Below, in pieces: positions 16,617-24,925 of a stretch of DNA of 53,787 nucleotides. Numbering within the stretch: position 1 is the first letter of the stretch; every line of letters starts with the position of its first letter. This DNA comes from an uncultured Gammaproteobacteria bacterium (GTDB lineage: Bacteria; Patescibacteriota; Patescibacteriia; Magasanikbacterales; GWA2-37-8). The stretch covers positions 194,993 through 248,779 of the forward strand of contig CAZINT010000002.1 of NCBI GenBank assembly GCA_964540825.1, read 5' to 3'. The notes beneath the pieces are model-generated. The model was not told the origin of the DNA, searched no databases, and saw only the letters and a program-made list of their open reading frames with translations. Both the position numbers and the translations under genes were made by a program.

Positions 16617-17028
16617 GATACATAACTCCTGAGCTGTGGAATGTAATGAGGGTAGCGTACTTGCGCACCCTCTCAACTCAATCCACACGTCTGGACTCGG
16701 TCGAAAGGGCGCACAGTTGTAAAGAACTACTCCTAAATAAAATCACCCGCTGCCATGGGCTCGGGTGATTAGGAAAAGCTTTTTTATTTTCTTACTTCAA
16801 GCTTTCGGTATAATCACCCGTTGTCCAAAGATCGCATACAAAAATGCGGGTCATTGGATTGACCTTGGAAAGGTTCTGGCAATTAAAGCTTAAAGTTTGG
16901 TACATATTTTTTTAACTTTTCTAACGTACCAACAGTTTTAATAGGCGTCAAGACAGTTATCCACAGACGATTTGCAGCTGGTAGTACACCAAGAAAATCG
17001 TTATACTATGTATATAGTAATTATTTCT

Positions 17029-17997
17029 ATGTCTGAAAAAATGGGTTCGTGGGCAAAATTGGTAGCAGGAGCCGCGCTCTTCGCTGGCAGTGAACTGCCG
17101 GTACATGCCGAGGAGCCAGAGCAAAAAGCGCCCCTCGCCACACTCGACACTACGGAACCTCTTTCGCTTAAAGAATCTGCCCCGCACGAAGAAAAGCCAG
17201 CCCCACTGACTCCTGAGGAAATTGCCAAAAAAATTATTCAAGATGCTGAAGCGCGCGGTTATATTACTCGCGGAGAACTTACCGGGCGTCTTGTTATTGA
17301 AAAAGGGGGTATTATGGTGGGTTCAAGCGCACCTCCTTTGACTGAAAAACAAAAAATTGCCATCGCCCCACTTCTCAAATTTCAACGCGAAACATGTCTT
17401 ATGATACCGCAAGGCACTATTGAAAGTATGGATGCAGTGGCAAAAAAAATAACTATCAAAACTTTTACCGGACAAATCATAAACTACGAACCAGAAGATC
17501 AGACACTTTTTCGTTACTTCAAACTTGGTGAAAAAATTGGGTATAAAATTTTGTATCGTGGCAGCAAAAGTCTACCTGTTGAGTATATCTGCCAACTTCC
17601 ATTCGTAATCTACACCACCCCTGACGGTAAAACAAAATCAGAAGCGCAATTTAAAAAAGAAAACCAGCCGGCAAAAGCAGTTGCGCAAACCAACGTAAAA
17701 ATCAAAGGAGCGCAAACACCGCAAGCGCCAGATACCCAAGTTTACATTCTTCTGCCTCAAAAAACGAAAGCTCACACCGCTCAGGACGACGAAATGCAAT
17801 CAGCCCTGTGGATGCTCGCTCGTATCGATAACTCAGACCCGACCATTCCCCCGCTTAGACTTTCAGATGCCCTGATCGCCAGCAAAGAACCAAGCAAAGC
17901 CCGACGCGACCCTGGAACACATAAAAATAAACCACTTCCACCTCTGCGCGGCCCCTATGATTGGAAAGCAAAGCCTGGTCCAAAAATCAAAAAATAG
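17029..17997 (+). CDS. Hypothetical secreted protein
   Basis: I chose the start at MSEKMGSWAKLVAGAALFAGSELPVHA, which looks like a signal peptide. The ORF track begins 19 codons upstream. The rest of the protein is K/E/P-rich and matches no family I recognise. Confidence 0.55.
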   Translation: MSEKMGSWAKLVAGAALFAGSELPVHAEEPEQKAPLATLDTTEPLSLKESAPHEEKPAPLTPEEIAKKIIQDAEARGYITRGELTGRLVIEKGGIMVGSSAPPLTEKQKIAIAPLLKFQRETCLMIPQGTIESMDAVAKKITIKTFTGQIINYEPEDQTLFRYFKLGEKIGYKILYRGSKSLPVEYICQLPFVIYTTPDGKTKSEAQFKKENQPAKAVAQTNVKIKGAQTPQAPDTQVYILLPQKTKAHTAQDDEMQSALWMLARIDNSDPTIPPLRLSDALIASKEPSKARRDPGTHKNKPLPPLRGPYDWKAKPGPKIKK

Positions 17998-18008
17998 GCT
18001 TTCCCTAC

Positions 18009-18039
18009 AAACCCTTCTGAAGTACCAGAAGGGTTTTTT
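18009..18039 (+). terminator. Rho-independent terminator
   Basis: aaacccttctg-aagtac-cagaagggttt followed by a T-run. Confidence 0.8.
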
Positions 18040-18118
18040 AATACTCAGACACCCTCTATATATCCAAAAGTACGCCATAAATAGAGTAATTTTGGCTAAA
18101 AATAGGCACTCCTAGCTC

Positions 18119-18147
18119 TTGACAAAACCACTAAAATATGCTATACT
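18119..18147 (+). promoter_or_regulatory. Promoter of the GT4 gene
   Basis: TTGACA (18119-18124), 17 nt spacer, TATACT (18142-18147). Confidence 0.65.
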
Positions 18148-18179
18148 TCTACGTTACTTAAAGTTACCTTACTACAGGT

Positions 18180-19340
18180 ATGCGTATTATCATGATCGGA
18201 CAAAAAGGACTTCCGACGAAATATGGCGGTATTGAACGCCACGTTGAGGAGTTAGCCGTTCGTTTGACCAAACAGGGTCATGATGTTTTGGCATACGTAC
18301 GCAGCTGGTATACCCCTAAAACCCTTACTTCTTTTGAAGGTATTACCTTGGTGCATACTCCGACACTTCACAGCAAGCATTTGGATGCGATTGTGCATAC
18401 TTTTATTTCGAGTATTCATGCTTCCTTCCAAAAAGCGGATGTAATCCACTATCACGGCGTTGGTCCGTCCCTCTTAAGTTTTATTCCCCGCATTCTCAGT
18501 CCTAAGACCAAAGTTATTTCCACCTTTCACTGTCTGGATCGCTACCACCAGAAGTGGGGTTTCTTGGCACGCCTCATGCTTCGCCTCGGTGAAAAGGCTG
18601 CTTGTGTTTTTCCACATGAAACAATTGCTGTCTCTAAAACAATTCAGAACTACTGTCTGAATGAATATCAAAAAAATACCACATTCATTCCGAACGGTGT
18701 AACCCTACCCGAACAGGTTGGTGCGAGCACGCTTACTCAATGGAATCTTGAGCCGCAAAAATATGTGCTGATGGTATCGCGCCTGGTGAAGCATAAGGGT
18801 GCGCATTATCTTATTGAAGCCTGGCAGTTCTTGAAAAAGAAATATCCCGCGCTCGTTGCCGACCAGAAACTGGTGATTGTTGGCGGCAGTGCTTTTACCG
18901 ATAGTTATGTCGAAGGCTTGAAAAAGAATGCCGCAACAGACCAGAGTATCATCTTTACGGACTGGCAGCACGGCCAGGCTCTTGAAGAATTGTATGGTAA
19001 CGCCACACTGCTCGTACACCCTTCCGAGAATGAAGGTCTACCACTCACCGTCCTCCAGGCTATGGCTCATGGCCGCCCGGTGCTTGTCTCTGACATTCCG
19101 GAACATCAAGAAATTATTGCGAACGCCGATTTTCATTTCCGCAACGCGAGTATTCCGTCCTTAATCGAAAAATTGGTCAGTCTCCTCGGCAACCAAAAAC
19201 AGCTTGCCGAAATCGGGCTTTACAACAAAACAATTGTAACTGCAAACTACCAATGGGATCAGATTGGTCTTGATACGGTGGCCGTCTATGGCACTAACCC
19301 TACTGCTACGTTTAAAACTGTCCGAGCGATTGAAGCGTAA
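18180..19340 (+). CDS. Glycosyltransferase family 4 (GT-B fold)
   Basis: 386 aa. The N-terminus is MRIIMIGQKGLPTKYGGIERHVEELAVRLTKQGHDV. The C-terminal EX7E-type region is HPSENEGLPLTVLQAMAHGRPVLVSD. Confidence 0.85.
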   Translation: MRIIMIGQKGLPTKYGGIERHVEELAVRLTKQGHDVLAYVRSWYTPKTLTSFEGITLVHTPTLHSKHLDAIVHTFISSIHASFQKADVIHYHGVGPSLLSFIPRILSPKTKVISTFHCLDRYHQKWGFLARLMLRLGEKAACVFPHETIAVSKTIQNYCLNEYQKNTTFIPNGVTLPEQVGASTLTQWNLEPQKYVLMVSRLVKHKGAHYLIEAWQFLKKKYPALVADQKLVIVGGSAFTDSYVEGLKKNAATDQSIIFTDWQHGQALEELYGNATLLVHPSENEGLPLTVLQAMAHGRPVLVSDIPEHQEIIANADFHFRNASIPSLIEKLVSLLGNQKQLAEIGLYNKTIVTANYQWDQIGLDTVAVYGTNPTATFKTVRAIEA

Positions 19341-19354
19341 CAACCCGTTTTAGC

Positions 19355-19389
19355 CAGACAACCCTCCAAGAGGGTTGTCTGATGCTTTT
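19355..19389 (+). terminator. Terminator after the GT4 gene
   Basis: cagacaaccct-ccaag-agggttgtctg followed by atgctttt. Confidence 0.7.
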
Positions 19390-19439
19390 AGGCCTTGAGT
19401 GAGGTTTGAAAGGATCCATTACCTGAGAGGAGGAATCAG

Positions 19440-19883
19440 ATGCTTGTTCCCACCACCCGCATCGCCGGGATCACCGTCCTTTTTGTCCGCGGTCTCGACG
19501 GTATCTCTGCCGGCATGGCCGCAATGATTGGCGACAGTGCCTGGACCCGGGAATGCGGCAAAGCAATCGCCGCGCTGCCGGATGTGAAACGGCCCGTGTC
19601 CTGCTATCTCGGTGGCGGCGAGGATCTCGTCGGTCTGCGCTCTGGCGTCACACGCGCCCTCGAGAATGCCGAGACCTTCAAGGTAAATGCCATCGTCATG
19701 CCGATACCTCGGGATCCTACCCAGTGGGTGCGCGACACCTTCGCGTACATTGTTGAGGCAATCCGGCAGCACGCCGATCGCTTCCAGCGCGAGGGCCACG
19801 TAGGCCTCATCACCATCGTGTTCCCGACCAGCACCCACCCAAAGACGCTCAGCGATCTCGCCTTCCTCGCGAATCCGCGCTGA
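19440..19883 (+). CDS. Islet D: high-GC hypothetical protein, 147 aa
   Basis: GAGAGGAGGaatcag precedes the ATG. In my read-through about 80% of third codon positions in this frame are G or C. No family was recognised. The antisense 158-aa ORF lacks any start signal. Confidence 0.6.
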   Translation: MLVPTTRIAGITVLFVRGLDGISAGMAAMIGDSAWTRECGKAIAALPDVKRPVSCYLGGGEDLVGLRSGVTRALENAETFKVNAIVMPIPRDPTQWVRDTFAYIVEAIRQHADRFQREGHVGLITIVFPTSTHPKTLSDLAFLANPR

Positions 19884-19894
19884 GAAATCAACCA

Positions 19895-19928
19895 CGTCGT
19901 CGGCTGCGCATCCGTGCAGCCGACGACG
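19895..19928 (+). terminator. GC-rich hairpin 3' of the islet D gene
   Basis: cgtcgtcggctgc-gcatccgt-gcagccgacgacg, a 13-bp stem, 12 nt after the stop codon. Confidence 0.6.
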
Positions 19929-19931
19929 ACC

Positions 19932-19967
19932 AAAAAAATATCCCGATACTCTATCGGGATATTTTTT
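19932..19967. terminator. Bidirectional A/T-flanked terminator between convergent genes
   Basis: aaaaaatatcccgata-ctc-tatcgggatatttttt. Confidence 0.8.
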
Positions 19968-19973
19968 AAGTAA

Positions 19974-21194
19974 TTATTTTTTAATCACTTCCGCGTACAC
20001 GCTTTCTAACTTTTTAAAATAATCGTCCGGTGCGTGATTGGCAGCAATTAATTTTCTTCCGCGTTCAACCATTGCGTTTGCTTCTGTGTCTGAAAGTGCC
20101 ATAGCTTTTCTAATCACTCGTGCCAAATCATCGCCGTCCTCAGGCTTGGCCAAAAAGCCTGTTTGTCCGTCAATAATCATCTCCGGCGTCCCCCCGCGAT
20201 TAACCCCAACCACAATGCGTCCATAACTTAAGGCTTCGAGAATAGTCAGTGAACAATTTTCATAAAAAAGCGACGGCACAACAATCACGCGAGCGCTCGC
20301 CATAACTTTTTGCCACGCCGCATTTTCTACCCAGTGCAGACGCTCTACGTGCGTGAGGCTACACTGGGTAATGTAGCGATCTACCCACACATCGTCAGGC
20401 CCGCTCCCGGCCACTGTAATTGGCAGATCACGTAGTTGCGACGCTGCTTGTAAAAAAAGCCGTATCCCCTTTTCATAATGCATGCGCCCCAGGTACACAA
20501 CGCGATTTCCCAGCGGCAATGGTTCGGGACGGACTTCAAATGGATTCAAGACAACACGCATTTTCTTTTTCGGAAACCCATACTCAACCATCTTATCCAT
20601 CATAAACTGGCTGGGGCAGATGAACATATCAAGGTGTTCCCAAATTCCCTTCAGATGATAATAATATGCTTCGAGCGTACCGGCAATACTTGGCAAAAGT
20701 CGATTGTCGATACATTTATACCGCACGCAATTATACATTTTTTTCTTGAACAAATCTTCACGGAGCTGCCCGCCATACAGCATGCTGTGATTGGGACACA
20801 TCGGAAAAACATCGTGCACCGTAAGGACGGTAGGAATTTTTAGTTTATGAAGCGTTGTAAAAGTACTTGCCGAAAGGTGGTGATAAATATTATGAAGATG
20901 CGCGACTTCCGGGTCAGTTGCAAGTGCCAATGCTTTTAATTTTTTAACGATTTCGGGGGCAATAAAAAGATGGCGAAATGTGGTGAGCGCCGAGGCAGCG
21001 TCCTGCTTGCCAAGAAGCTCTGGAATTTCGGGCGCAAAATAACCGCTATATTCACTGGGCACATTCTTGGGGTGTTGCATCGAAAACTCAATCACCTCAT
21101 GCCCGCGTTTTCGAAGACCATTAATCGTATCAAAAAAAACTACCTCGGCACCGCCGCGACGATAGAAAAATTTGTTAGCCTGCAAAATACGCAT
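19974..21194 (-). CDS. Glycosyltransferase family 4
   Basis: 406 aa. The N-terminus is MRILQANKFFYRRGGAEVVFFDT. The EX7E-like region is VPSLFYENCSLTILEALSYGRIVVGVNRGGTPEMI. Confidence 0.85.
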   Translation of the reverse strand: MRILQANKFFYRRGGAEVVFFDTINGLRKRGHEVIEFSMQHPKNVPSEYSGYFAPEIPELLGKQDAASALTTFRHLFIAPEIVKKLKALALATDPEVAHLHNIYHHLSASTFTTLHKLKIPTVLTVHDVFPMCPNHSMLYGGQLREDLFKKKMYNCVRYKCIDNRLLPSIAGTLEAYYYHLKGIWEHLDMFICPSQFMMDKMVEYGFPKKKMRVVLNPFEVRPEPLPLGNRVVYLGRMHYEKGIRLFLQAASQLRDLPITVAGSGPDDVWVDRYITQCSLTHVERLHWVENAAWQKVMASARVIVVPSLFYENCSLTILEALSYGRIVVGVNRGGTPEMIIDGQTGFLAKPEDGDDLARVIRKAMALSDTEANAMVERGRKLIAANHAPDDYFKKLESVYAEVIKK

Positions 21195-21200
21195 ACAAAA

Positions 21201-21932
21201 TTATTTTTTAGCGATCACCACGATGTTTTTGCCTTTATGGCTATCCACTTCTTTGCCCGCAGTCGCGTAGTACATTTTTTCAATCGTAAATCCGGCCTTT
21301 TCAATAAGCTCGGTAAGTTCCGGAAGTTGAAAATCATGGTAATAGCGATCAGCCAGAACTTCACCATCGCCATCTTTCCACGGAATTAAATAGTCATACG
21401 GATTAAGCTCAGTCCATTTCGCTTTTTGTTTCTCTGCCCAGTCGCTGGTTAAATTCCAAACCGTAAGGAGGAGCTGTCCCCCTGGCGCGAGTTCTGAAAA
21501 AATTTGCTTAAGCAAAGAAAAACGAGACAGTGAGTCCGGCAAATGGTGGAATGAAGCAATGAGGTACGCGACATCAAACGAACTTTCCGGAAATTTCTTT
21601 TCTTCCTCGGCAGTTGAAAAAAACCGCACTTGTCCGTCGTCGATTAAGTACGCAAAGGTTTTTTGAGCAATTTTTAATAATTCCTCACTCTGATCAACCC
21701 CTGAATAATCGAGCCGCGCAGTGCCGCTGAGCGTTGGGTCAATCTCTGAAAGCGTTTGATCAAGCAAATACAAGAGCCGGCCGTTACCGCACCCCCAGTC
21801 CAAAATACGTTGACCAGGCTTAATAAATGGTTTAAACTCTACTAGATCCGACCCGGCCTCAAAACGGGTGCCAGCAAAAGCCTCGGCAATCGCATCATAG
21901 TCCTCCTTGGTTTTTTGGATTAAATCTACCAT
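21201..21932 (-). CDS. Class I SAM-dependent methyltransferase with Trm9/ALKBH8-MTase-like landmarks
   Basis: 243 aa from the ATG (complement of 21930-21932). Landmarks: YDAIAEAFAGTR, ILDWGCGNGRLL, SFDVAYLIASFHHL, PGGQLLLTVWN, IPW, RYYHDFQLPELTELIEKAGF. Confidence 0.7.
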   Translation of the reverse strand: MVDLIQKTKEDYDAIAEAFAGTRFEAGSDLVEFKPFIKPGQRILDWGCGNGRLLYLLDQTLSEIDPTLSGTARLDYSGVDQSEELLKIAQKTFAYLIDDGQVRFFSTAEEEKKFPESSFDVAYLIASFHHLPDSLSRFSLLKQIFSELAPGGQLLLTVWNLTSDWAEKQKAKWTELNPYDYLIPWKDGDGEVLADRYYHDFQLPELTELIEKAGFTIEKMYYATAGKEVDSHKGKNIVVIAKK

Positions 21933-21942
21933 AGCTATTCCT

Positions 21943-23586
21943 GTGTCATTGACTGAAAAAATAATTTTAGCCGCTCTTGAAAATCCTCCCAAAACTGAGG
22001 AAGGTTTTAATGTTCTGAAGCGCAGTTTAATGGCCGGTGAAAATCCCGAAATCAACCTTCCCGATAAGACTGAACTACTGGTAGCATATCATGATTTAGT
22101 CAAAAATAACAAGATTTTACCAAACGATCACTTGGAGCGAATGCTGATGCGCCGAGCGGTACGCAGCCTCTCGGGAGTCGCGGTGATCACGTCACTCATC
22201 AAGCCCTACCCTTGCCCCGGCCAATGCGTGTACTGCCCGTTTGATGAGCGCATGCCAAAGAGTTATCTTTCTGAAGAACCTGCCGCCATGCGCGCGCTCA
22301 TGCTCGAATTCAACCCCTACGAACAGATGGCCCGCCGTATCGAAGCCCTGCAAAATAACGGACACCCGGCTGATAAGATTGAATTCATCGTGAAAGGCGG
22401 AACATGGAATTCATATACACTCCAATATCAGTATTGGTTTATTTTGAAATCTTTTGAAGCGTGTAATACGCTCGGTCAAGAGAATGCTGTCATTTCAACA
22501 CTCACCGAAAATTCACCACTACCAGAAATTAAGGCCGAACTGGCCCGGCAGCAAACAATCAATGAAACTGCCAAACACCGCATTATCGGGCTCACCCTTG
22601 AAACACGGCCGGACTGTATTAATTATCACACGATCTGGCAGATGCGTGAAATGGGCTGTACACGCATCGAACTTGGAATTCAACATACTGACGACGATAT
22701 TTTGGCGTTAACAAAACGAGGTCATGGCAGCAAAGAAGCCATGCGATCAATGGAACTCTTGCGCAACTACGGATTTAAAGTTGATGCCCACCTCATGCCG
22801 CAACTCCCCGGCGCCACACCGGAGGCAGATTTACAAATGCTGCAAACTATTTTTTCGGATCCTGGATATAAGCCGGACATGATTAAAATTTATCCGTGTA
22901 CCGTGGTAAAAAATTCCGAACTGTATGATTGGTTTTTACAGGGAAAATATAAAGCCTACTCCGTAGAAGAACTCATTGATATTCTCGTCAAGTTCAAACC
23001 AACGATCCCCTATTACGCCCGTATCTCGCGCTTGATTCGCGATATCCCCGGCCAATACATTGAAGAAGGCAACACCGTAACCAACTTACGCCAAGTCGTG
23101 CAACTGCGCCTCAAAAAATTAGGCACGCCTTGCCGCTGTTTACGCTGCCGCGAAGTTGGGCACGTTGACCTGACTAAAATCCCCGACCTCACCCCGCATT
23201 TATTTGTGGACGAATATGCTACGCATGGTGGCACTGAATATTTCCTGAGTTTCGAAGACAAAGATCGCACCGTCATATTTGCGTTCTGTCGTTTGCGTAT
23301 TGTGGATTTTGCATCGAGCGAATTACCCAAAGAAGCGATTCGCTACCCGGCGTATATCCGTGAACTCCATACCTATGGCAAACTCTTAAATATCGGCGTT
23401 AAAGATGAAAATCAAAGTCAGCACAAAGGACTTGGTAAAAAATTATTGGAAAAAGCGGAAGCAATTGTGATTGAAAAAGGTGTCGATAAACTGGCTGTTA
23501 TCTCCGGTGTGGGCGTGCGTGATTATTACCGCAAATGGGGATACGAACTCGAAAATACGTACATGGTAAAAAATTTGAAAAAATAA
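21943..23586 (+). CDS. elp3: Elp3-family radical-SAM/GNAT enzyme (tRNA U34 cm5-type modification)
   Basis: Radical-SAM motif: SGVAVITSLIKPYPCPGQCVYCP. C-terminal GNAT: AYIRELHTYGKLL...QHKGLGKKLLEKAEAIV...GVGVRDYYRKWGYE...YMVKNL. The start is uncertain: GTG 21943, TTG 21949 or TTG 21907. Confidence 0.85.
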   Translation: MSLTEKIILAALENPPKTEEGFNVLKRSLMAGENPEINLPDKTELLVAYHDLVKNNKILPNDHLERMLMRRAVRSLSGVAVITSLIKPYPCPGQCVYCPFDERMPKSYLSEEPAAMRALMLEFNPYEQMARRIEALQNNGHPADKIEFIVKGGTWNSYTLQYQYWFILKSFEACNTLGQENAVISTLTENSPLPEIKAELARQQTINETAKHRIIGLTLETRPDCINYHTIWQMREMGCTRIELGIQHTDDDILALTKRGHGSKEAMRSMELLRNYGFKVDAHLMPQLPGATPEADLQMLQTIFSDPGYKPDMIKIYPCTVVKNSELYDWFLQGKYKAYSVEELIDILVKFKPTIPYYARISRLIRDIPGQYIEEGNTVTNLRQVVQLRLKKLGTPCRCLRCREVGHVDLTKIPDLTPHLFVDEYATHGGTEYFLSFEDKDRTVIFAFCRLRIVDFASSELPKEAIRYPAYIRELHTYGKLLNIGVKDENQSQHKGLGKKLLEKAEAIVIEKGVDKLAVISGVGVRDYYRKWGYELENTYMVKNLKK

Positions 23587-23589
23587 AAA

Positions 23590-23620
23590 CAGTCCTCCTC
23601 CTAAGGACTGCTGTTATTTT
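23590..23620 (+). terminator. Terminator after elp3
   Basis: cagtcct-cctccta-aggactg followed by ctgttatttt. Confidence 0.6.
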
Positions 23621-23740
23621 AAAGCATTCTCTGCTTTGGTAACAATGATTGCTGACAAAGTAGAAACGAAGACAGACGCGCCGCATACTTTGCCTTCCCC
23701 TGGTGGGAAGAAGTAGCGGCTGCTGTCTTCGGTGATGCGC

Positions 23741-24139
23741 CTAGTGGCGCCGGGGGTGGTAGCAGACCATCGTAGTCACGATCCCCATGAAGTACGACTC
23801 GAAGGTCCAGTAGCCGGCATCGCTGTTGGTCACCGCCTTCGACATGAAAGCGAGCGTTGGCCCCATATCACTCACGATTTTGCAGCCGCCGCGGGTGTAG
23901 CGGATGTCCATCACGAAGTGGTAAGCAGCCACCTCCTTGGGAGCAGACTCGGGATAGCACCAGCGCCAGCCGTCCACCCACCCGATACGTTCCTGCTCGC
24001 TGGCGCAGGAACCTGTGTCACCCGGGTCGGGCAGCGCAGAGGGCGGCGGTTCGTCGGTTGCCGGGAAATCCGCCTCCGTGCAGGATGCAGAGCCCAGTAG
24101 CAGGGCCGACAGTGTCACACAGGACAAATACCTTGTCAT
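23741..24139 (-). CDS. Islet E1: small high-GC secreted protein/lipoprotein, 132 aa
   Basis: The internal ATG (complement of 24137-24139) is preceded by aAAGGAGctctgc. The signal is MTRYLSCVTLSALLLGSASC, a non-canonical lipobox. A Pro-rich linker follows, and the mature part contains further Cys residues. Confidence 0.6.
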   Translation of the reverse strand: MTRYLSCVTLSALLLGSASCTEADFPATDEPPPSALPDPGDTGSCASEQERIGWVDGWRWCYPESAPKEVAAYHFVMDIRYTRGGCKIVSDMGPTLAFMSKAVTNSDAGYWTFESYFMGIVTTMVCYHPRRH

Positions 24140-24206
24140 GCAGAGCTCCTTTTTGAGGTCATGATTCTTACCCACCATCCTCACGCACATGCTTGAAGAA
24201 TGAAGC

Positions 24207-24235
24207 ATTCTGTCACAAAAAACTATTTCTGTCAA
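24207..24235 (-). promoter_or_regulatory. Putative promoter of E1
   Basis: The minus strand reads TTGACA (complement of 24230-24235), 17 nt spacer, CAGAAT. It sits back to back with the E2 promoter. Confidence 0.45.
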
Positions 24236-24245
24236 CGTATTTAGT

Positions 24246-24274
24246 TTGACAAATCGCTTTTAAAGAGATTAAAC
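24246..24274 (+). promoter_or_regulatory. Putative promoter of E2
   Basis: TTGACA (24246-24251), 17 nt spacer, TTAAAC. Confidence 0.45.
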
Positions 24275-24298
24275 TGCGGAGTATGAGGGGTGCGATCG

Positions 24299-24670
24299 AT
24301 GTCAAAATTACTGGTTATTAGTTCAGGGGCAATGATCGAACAGCGTGAAAACTTCGCGATGCAGCTTCGTAAGCGCGGCTACCACACAATTACCACGCAG
24401 CAAGAAGCCCCAGGTGTTCTGATGAGGCCTACCGACCTCATTATCCTTATGACCGCAACCTACGAGGAGACGGAGAATCTTCTCAAGAAAAGCAGCCACC
24501 ATGCCAAACCGATCTTGATCTGGTGTGAAGGTGCGTTTCCGGCGCGCGACGCCGAACTTCTTACCCGTCAGTATGTTCAGATCAAAGGCATACTCAGCGG
24601 CGAGCGCTTTCCTAAAACCGAGGAAGATTTACTCGTCAGTCTCAGACGGGCTATGCACTTTCTTTTCTGA
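24299..24670 (+). CDS. Islet E2: stand-alone CheY-like pseudo-receiver, 123 aa
   Basis: The ATG at 24299 lies 8 nt after GAGGGG. The beta-alpha pattern is KLLVISSG / TDLIILMT / KPILIWCEG. The usual N-terminal DD pair is absent. It is paralogous to 25526-25921. Confidence 0.55.
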   Translation: MSKLLVISSGAMIEQRENFAMQLRKRGYHTITTQQEAPGVLMRPTDLIILMTATYEETENLLKKSSHHAKPILIWCEGAFPARDAELLTRQYVQIKGILSGERFPKTEEDLLVSLRRAMHFLF

Positions 24671-24804
24671 CGTCACACCCCTCGGGCCGAGCTTTCGGCC
24701 ACCTAAAAAAGAATATTTTTTTCTGAAGTATTATTTTTTAGGAACATCATCACGCTAGGACCACCAATAGTAAAAAAGTACTACCCTGATAAAAAAATGA
24801 GACT

Positions 24805-24836
24805 AAAAAACCAGCCATCCCAATGGCTGATTTTTT
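24805..24836 (+). terminator. A/T-flanked terminator downstream of E2
   Basis: aaaaaaccagccat-cccaa-tggctgatttttt. Confidence 0.6.
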
Positions 24837-24884
24837 GCTTCACCCTTAGCGCAATGCGTTATTGCAGTAATGGTGAAATGAGGT

Positions 24885-24918
24885 GGAGGGGTGCATGCTT
24901 ATATGGCAGCACCCCTCC
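24885..24918 (-). terminator. GC-rich hairpin 3' of E3
   Basis: ggaggggtgc - 14 nt - gcacccctcc, 8 nt from the stop at 24926. Confidence 0.55.
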
Positions 24919-24925
24919 ATACCTC

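Noticed and set aside
19440-19883. A macro-domain or other ADP-ribose-related assignment for the islet D protein.
   Set aside because: The alternating beta/alpha pattern is suggestive, but none of the macro-domain signature motifs (the GDIT / NAAN / GGGV type) are present. I left it as hypothetical.
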